Part shown: positions 60,144 through 64,000 of the stretch, piece after piece | Position numbering within the stretch: position 1 is the first letter of the stretch | Layout: every line of letters starts with the position of its first letter | The notes under the pieces: model-generated | What the model saw: only the letters and a program-made list of their open reading frames with translations | Databases searched by the model: none | What the model was told of the DNA's origin: nothing | NCBI GenBank assembly: GCA_965228855.1 | Contig: CBDDIJ010000002.1 | Location: forward strand, 64,001 to 128,000 | Reading direction: 5' to 3' | Length of the DNA: 64,000 nt | Source: Candidatus Obscuribacterales bacterium | Lineage (GTDB): Bacteria; Cyanobacteriota; Vampirovibrionia; Obscuribacterales; Obscuribacteraceae | Translations under genes and position numbers: made by a program

Positions 60144-60171
60144 ACCGGAACCGGCGAATGCCGGTCCGGTT
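60144..60171. terminator. Hairpin downstream of the hydrolase gene
   Basis: accggaaccggc-gaat-gccggtccggt. Confidence 0.5.
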
Positions 60172-60179
60172 TGAGTCGT

Positions 60180-62168
60180 TCAGTCGCCCGCCTTGTCCGT
60201 ATTCGCGACCAGCGAGGTGATGAAGCACTCGATCATGAAGGTCGACAGCCCAGTCGGGTCTTTGACACCGTTCTTGGCTTTGCTCACGCCGATGACGCTG
60301 TGATCGACGCCGTTGACCGTGACGATGGTCGGCTCGAAGAAACGCTCGGCAAGCTCAGGGACGGCAGCAATCAGGGTCATCGGATCGTAGAGCTGAAAGC
60401 TCTGAATCAGATCCCAGATGTCGTCGTCGCCGTTGCGGTCGAGCCCCTGCCCGGCGCAGAAGGTATTGCAGAACCACTCCTTGTTGCAGCGTTCCGGCAG
60501 CTTGTTGCGGCGCGGATCGTCGCCTGCCATGTTGGCACGCACCCAGACGTCCTGGATGGCATGACGCTGAGTGCGCTGCAACTTCACACCGACGGGATGA
60601 CCGGTGGCGGCCATTCGGTCGTAGAGGTCGCGCGGAACCGGCGCCGCGTAAGCCGCTTCACGAGTCAGGATCGTTGTCGGGATGCAGAGTTCTTGAACTC
60701 GGCGGTAGAAATACTTAGCCGCGTCCATGTCGAACTTGTTGTTGGCGGCGCTGTCGGGAACCATGTACCCGTCGTCGTCTTTGACGACTGCGTTGTCTTT
60801 CTGCTCGACACCGCCCATGATGGCAACCAGTGCGACCTTGCTTTGAACCAGCTCGTCATGATCACGCAAGAGGGCGGCAGCATCGGTCAGACCAGAGATG
60901 AGGAGCAGAATCACGGAACCGTCGTCAGCCGACTCGAGCGAACGCACGAGCAAGTCGGCGCCCGGTTCGAGGTCATCGGCGCCGGCGAGGTACGTGACGC
61001 CTTCGAATTCCTTTTCGTGACCATCGGCACGCAGACCGCAGTCGGTGCCGACGCCGACGGGAACATCGGGGCGCCCCAGAAGCCGCAAGGTGCCCTTGGC
61101 GAGCCGCCCGCGCTGGGCTGCCGGAGCCAGATTCGCGATCACGGCGAGCATCTCGAAAAGCTCTTGCCGGCGCGAGCCATGTGTACTGACGACCTGGTGC
61201 CGATTGATGCCGTCCGACAGCACGAGCGTGTCTTCGTCGTCCATGTCCTTGCCGAAGTCGCCGATCATGATGAGCGAAAACGGCGCGGTTTCAGCGGCGA
61301 CGATTGCCGTGCCGCCATCGACGCGCTGACGGTCCGGTTCCGGCTGTGCCTCGAGTACGGAAGCGGTCGCGTCCGTCGTGGCCACAGTGGGCGCGCTCGT
61401 CGCATCCAGAGTCGGCTGCCGCGCAGTCACCGTTTGATCCGTACCAGCTCCAGCCGGCGCGTCTGTCACAAGCGCAGTCTTCGCCGAACTGGCCGCAGTC
61501 TGCGCGTCCGTTTCAGCCCCGGTCGACGAGTCCGCCTGTTTGCCACCCTTCGCGAAGATATCGTGGACATGCGGAGAGAAGCACGTCGTCTTGCGCGGCG
61601 TATCCACGAAAACCGGGTCAGGCAGACCGTTGTTCCCGGCGAGCGGGCTGGGCCGTCCCGGAATGCAGGTGTCGGTCTGAGGGACGGGAAGCGGTTTCGC
61701 CGTATGCAGTTTCGCAGCCGAATCGCCGATCAGTCCATCGACCACCAGAGCCGGAACGGATGGCGACTGGGGGGCACGGAAACGGTGAATTCGCCTGCGA
61801 CTCTCATCATGCATTCGCGCCGTCCACTCCTTGTCATTGCAGATCGATGCGGTCAAACCGACCGACAATACGGAAAGCGTAATGAGAATCAAACAGCCGA
61901 TGGACAGGCTGCTAGCCGGCTGTAGGAACGGGCTGAGTGCGAGAAAGGTCAGGCCATAGATAGCCAGGATGAAAATGGCCAGACGCTTCTGGCGCTTGTC
62001 GAGACCGAAGTAGGTCTCCCGAGCATGCATGACAGCGTCGCCGTCTGTCTCGAGCAAGACGCGATAGGCGGTCAGCGTGCGGAGACGCAAAACGATGTAC
62101 CCGATACCACATGCAGTGGCACAGACGGATAGGGTTCCTAAGAGAACCGTCAGAAATTGTGGATTCAT
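60180..62168 (-). CDS. Membrane-anchored nucleoside-hydrolase-fold protein, XopQ/HopQ1-like
   Basis: Three N-terminal TM helices; GD.GKDMDD; NN.FD..AA..FY...QEL.IP..ILTREAAY; GHPVG; LYDPMTL. Confidence 0.8.
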   Translation of the reverse strand: MNPQFLTVLLGTLSVCATACGIGYIVLRLRTLTAYRVLLETDGDAVMHARETYFGLDKRQKRLAIFILAIYGLTFLALSPFLQPASSLSIGCLILITLSVLSVGLTASICNDKEWTARMHDESRRRIHRFRAPQSPSVPALVVDGLIGDSAAKLHTAKPLPVPQTDTCIPGRPSPLAGNNGLPDPVFVDTPRKTTCFSPHVHDIFAKGGKQADSSTGAETDAQTAASSAKTALVTDAPAGAGTDQTVTARQPTLDATSAPTVATTDATASVLEAQPEPDRQRVDGGTAIVAAETAPFSLIMIGDFGKDMDDEDTLVLSDGINRHQVVSTHGSRRQELFEMLAVIANLAPAAQRGRLAKGTLRLLGRPDVPVGVGTDCGLRADGHEKEFEGVTYLAGADDLEPGADLLVRSLESADDGSVILLLISGLTDAAALLRDHDELVQSKVALVAIMGGVEQKDNAVVKDDDGYMVPDSAANNKFDMDAAKYFYRRVQELCIPTTILTREAAYAAPVPRDLYDRMAATGHPVGVKLQRTQRHAIQDVWVRANMAGDDPRRNKLPERCNKEWFCNTFCAGQGLDRNGDDDIWDLIQSFQLYDPMTLIAAVPELAERFFEPTIVTVNGVDHSVIGVSKAKNGVKDPTGLSTFMIECFITSLVANTDKAGD

Positions 62169-62249
62169 TCGTGTCAACTTTCCCTGTTCGCGGTGAAAAA
62201 CAGGCGCTCCGAAGTGGAGCGCCTGCAAGAGCGAGAGAACAACTGGCGT

Positions 62250-63344
62250 TTACTTGCCGAGCCGAGCCAGGGCAGCCAGGAAGAGCTTCTTGTGGTCGAA
62301 AGCGAGTTCGAGCCCCTTCAGTTCGCTGGCGCGAACGAAACGAGCCGAGCCCTCTTTGGCGTCGTCGCCGGCGTTGAGCTTCGCGAACACCTCCGCCTGC
62401 TTGTCGGGCGGGATGAACCAGGCGAAGCCATGGTCCACGACATGACCACGTTCGTCACGGTCAGGCTCGGAGCGCACGTCGATCAGCAGCATGTCGCTCG
62501 CGGCGACCTTGTAGGTGAACTTGTCGTGGTCGCCAGTGGCGTCCTTGTTGACGAAACACTCCTCCATGAGTTCGCGAGCCGCGCACTCGGGAAGGCTCTC
62601 GAGCTGAACGTTCAGGAAGCCTCCGGGGAAGCTCTCCATGTCCTTGAACGGCGCTGCGCCGCGCACCATCGTCAGAACGAGCGGGTCGTCCTTGTCGATG
62701 TCGGCGAACACAGCGATAGTCGTCGTCGAGTCCGCTTTCGGGAAGCGGTAAACCATGAGGTGATTGCCGGTGACCAGCATCTTGAGCGCACCGGTCACGA
62801 CCATCTCGACCGCTTGTTCGTTGAGCTTCTCGAGCGTGGGCAGCAGTTGCGTCAGCCCCTCGAGCGCGTCGACGACTACGATGACGTCGTGACCGAGATT
62901 CTTCAGCACCTTGATTCCATCACGCAGCTGATCGCCCGTCGGAGAGCCGGCAATCAGGATGATCGAATCGAGACGAATCTTGTCGATCGGCCATTCGACG
63001 TCGCACATCATCGTGTCAGGCGTCGGACCGACGAGAGCGCCCTGGTCGTGAATCTTCAGCCCCTGAGCGGCGGCGAGAGCCTTGAGCGCGGTAACGCGCT
63101 CCTGCCACTTGGCGCCCTGGCGAGCACCACTGGCAGTACCATGATCGACGGCGGGGTGAGGAGCAGAAGCTCCTGCGGCAGGCACGGTTTCAGCGCTCGA
63201 CGCAACCGCTACGGAACCGTCGCTCGATGCAGCGGAGGCGACGATGCCTTCGGCGGCAGCAGTGCCAGCAGCGGCAGCGGTGGTGGCATGAACAGAAGAC
63301 CCGGCAGCGCCGGTGAAAATGAGCAGTTCGAAAGTGCGTTTCAC
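62250..63344 (-). CDS. NUDIX hydrolase (ADP-ribose pyrophosphatase-like) with a degenerate isochorismatase-like N-terminal domain
   Basis: FPGGF...ES..ECAARELMEE Nudix box; PDRDERGHVV; AGDDA; LAFDH. Confidence 0.85.
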   Translation of the reverse strand: MKRTFELLIFTGAAGSSVHATTAAAAGTAAAEGIVASAASSDGSVAVASSAETVPAAGASAPHPAVDHGTASGARQGAKWQERVTALKALAAAQGLKIHDQGALVGPTPDTMMCDVEWPIDKIRLDSIILIAGSPTGDQLRDGIKVLKNLGHDVIVVVDALEGLTQLLPTLEKLNEQAVEMVVTGALKMLVTGNHLMVYRFPKADSTTTIAVFADIDKDDPLVLTMVRGAAPFKDMESFPGGFLNVQLESLPECAARELMEECFVNKDATGDHDKFTYKVAASDMLLIDVRSEPDRDERGHVVDHGFAWFIPPDKQAEVFAKLNAGDDAKEGSARFVRASELKGLELAFDHKKLFLAALARLGK

Positions 63345-63760
63345 TTGTGATGTCCCCGTTAGTTACCGAAATTATCGCGCGAAAGTGCTCGTGAGGTGAG
63401 CGCGCGACATCTCTGAGCGTCTCGATGTTCCGAAACCCGTGCAGCGTTGCCCCCTCGAATCAAACGAGTGACAAACGATGACAAAGCTGGAAGCACAGAG
63501 ACTGTATACGGAAAGAACTGTGACCTCACATCACAGACCGAAAAATTGGAACGTCAAATACTAGTAACCTTCAGAATCTGATGACAAGTGCTCAAATCTG
63601 AAATGATCTGAAAGATATCACCACCCGAGCTCTAAAGGCTTATGAACAGGAGTTTCAAAGTGGTAGCACACCTAGCGCGACCTGCTCCGATGTATATATT
63701 AGGAGCTGCTAAACTGCCACTGCGTTGCGGACTAAAGCGCTCTAGTACCATCAGCGAGTC

Positions 63761-64000
63761 CTACAGCGACCGCATCGACCCGGTTAAGCGCTCATACTGC
63801 TTCTGATCTTTTCCAGCCATATCAAAGCGACCAAGGCGCTCATAAGCCTGCGCACGATGAAGATAGGCATTAACAGACTCAGGGTCCAGCGCAATCGCTT
63901 TCGTAAAATCATCGATTGCCTTTTCGTGCCGCCCAAGCTCTGCATTGCCCAGACCACGCATGAAATAAGCATCCGAACGACTCTGGTCCTTGTTGATCAA
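63761..64000 (-). CDS. TPR protein, C-terminal part
   Basis: AYFMRG...LG..EKAIDDFTKAIALDP...AY..RA.AY..LG. Confidence 0.85.
   Translation of the reverse strand: MINKDQSRSDAYFMRGLGNAELGRHEKAIDDFTKAIALDPESVNAYLHRAQAYERLGRFDMAGKDQKQYERLTGSMRSL

Noticed and set aside
1..64000. tRNA, rRNA, prophage structural genes, transposases
   Set aside because: I recognised no T-loop/cloverleaf, rRNA-like stretch or hallmark protein motifs by eye. A tRNAscan/Infernal run would be needed to exclude them.

Overview
GC-rich bacterial chromosomal window. It is tentatively Melainabacteria/Obscuribacterales-like, an impression from gene content and not a database result. It carries about 50 CDSs, and I recognised no rRNA, tRNA, integrase, transposase or cas gene. 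Recognisable genes: NAD kinase, glycogen debranching enzyme (frameshifted), deoB-punA, DyP peroxidase, flotillin, two metallophosphoesterases, tldD-pmbA, a C26 hydrolase, an S53 peptidase, htpX, an EamA transporter, an SDR, a NadE-like enzyme and ppa. Four features stand out. (1) A dispersed bipartite intergenic element occurs at about 10 loci. It is an 8-mer CTACTATA placed 111.5-113.5 or 121.5-123.5 bp (one helical turn apart) from the centre of a ~55-bp imperfect palindrome with a GATTT-N4-AAATC core. It is tandemly amplified at some loci and brackets a PLD-nuclease/HTH fusion gene in inverted orientation. (2) A second PLD-HTH paralog sits behind a nested repeat array with a variant of that palindrome. 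(3) Three ~99% identical membrane-anchored PspA-like genes are separated by strongly diverged spacers, downstream of a TPM-domain coiled-coil gene. (4) A membrane-anchored XopQ/HopQ1-like nucleoside hydrolase is paired with an isochorismatase-like/NUDIX fusion. All family calls come from motif reading, not searches.
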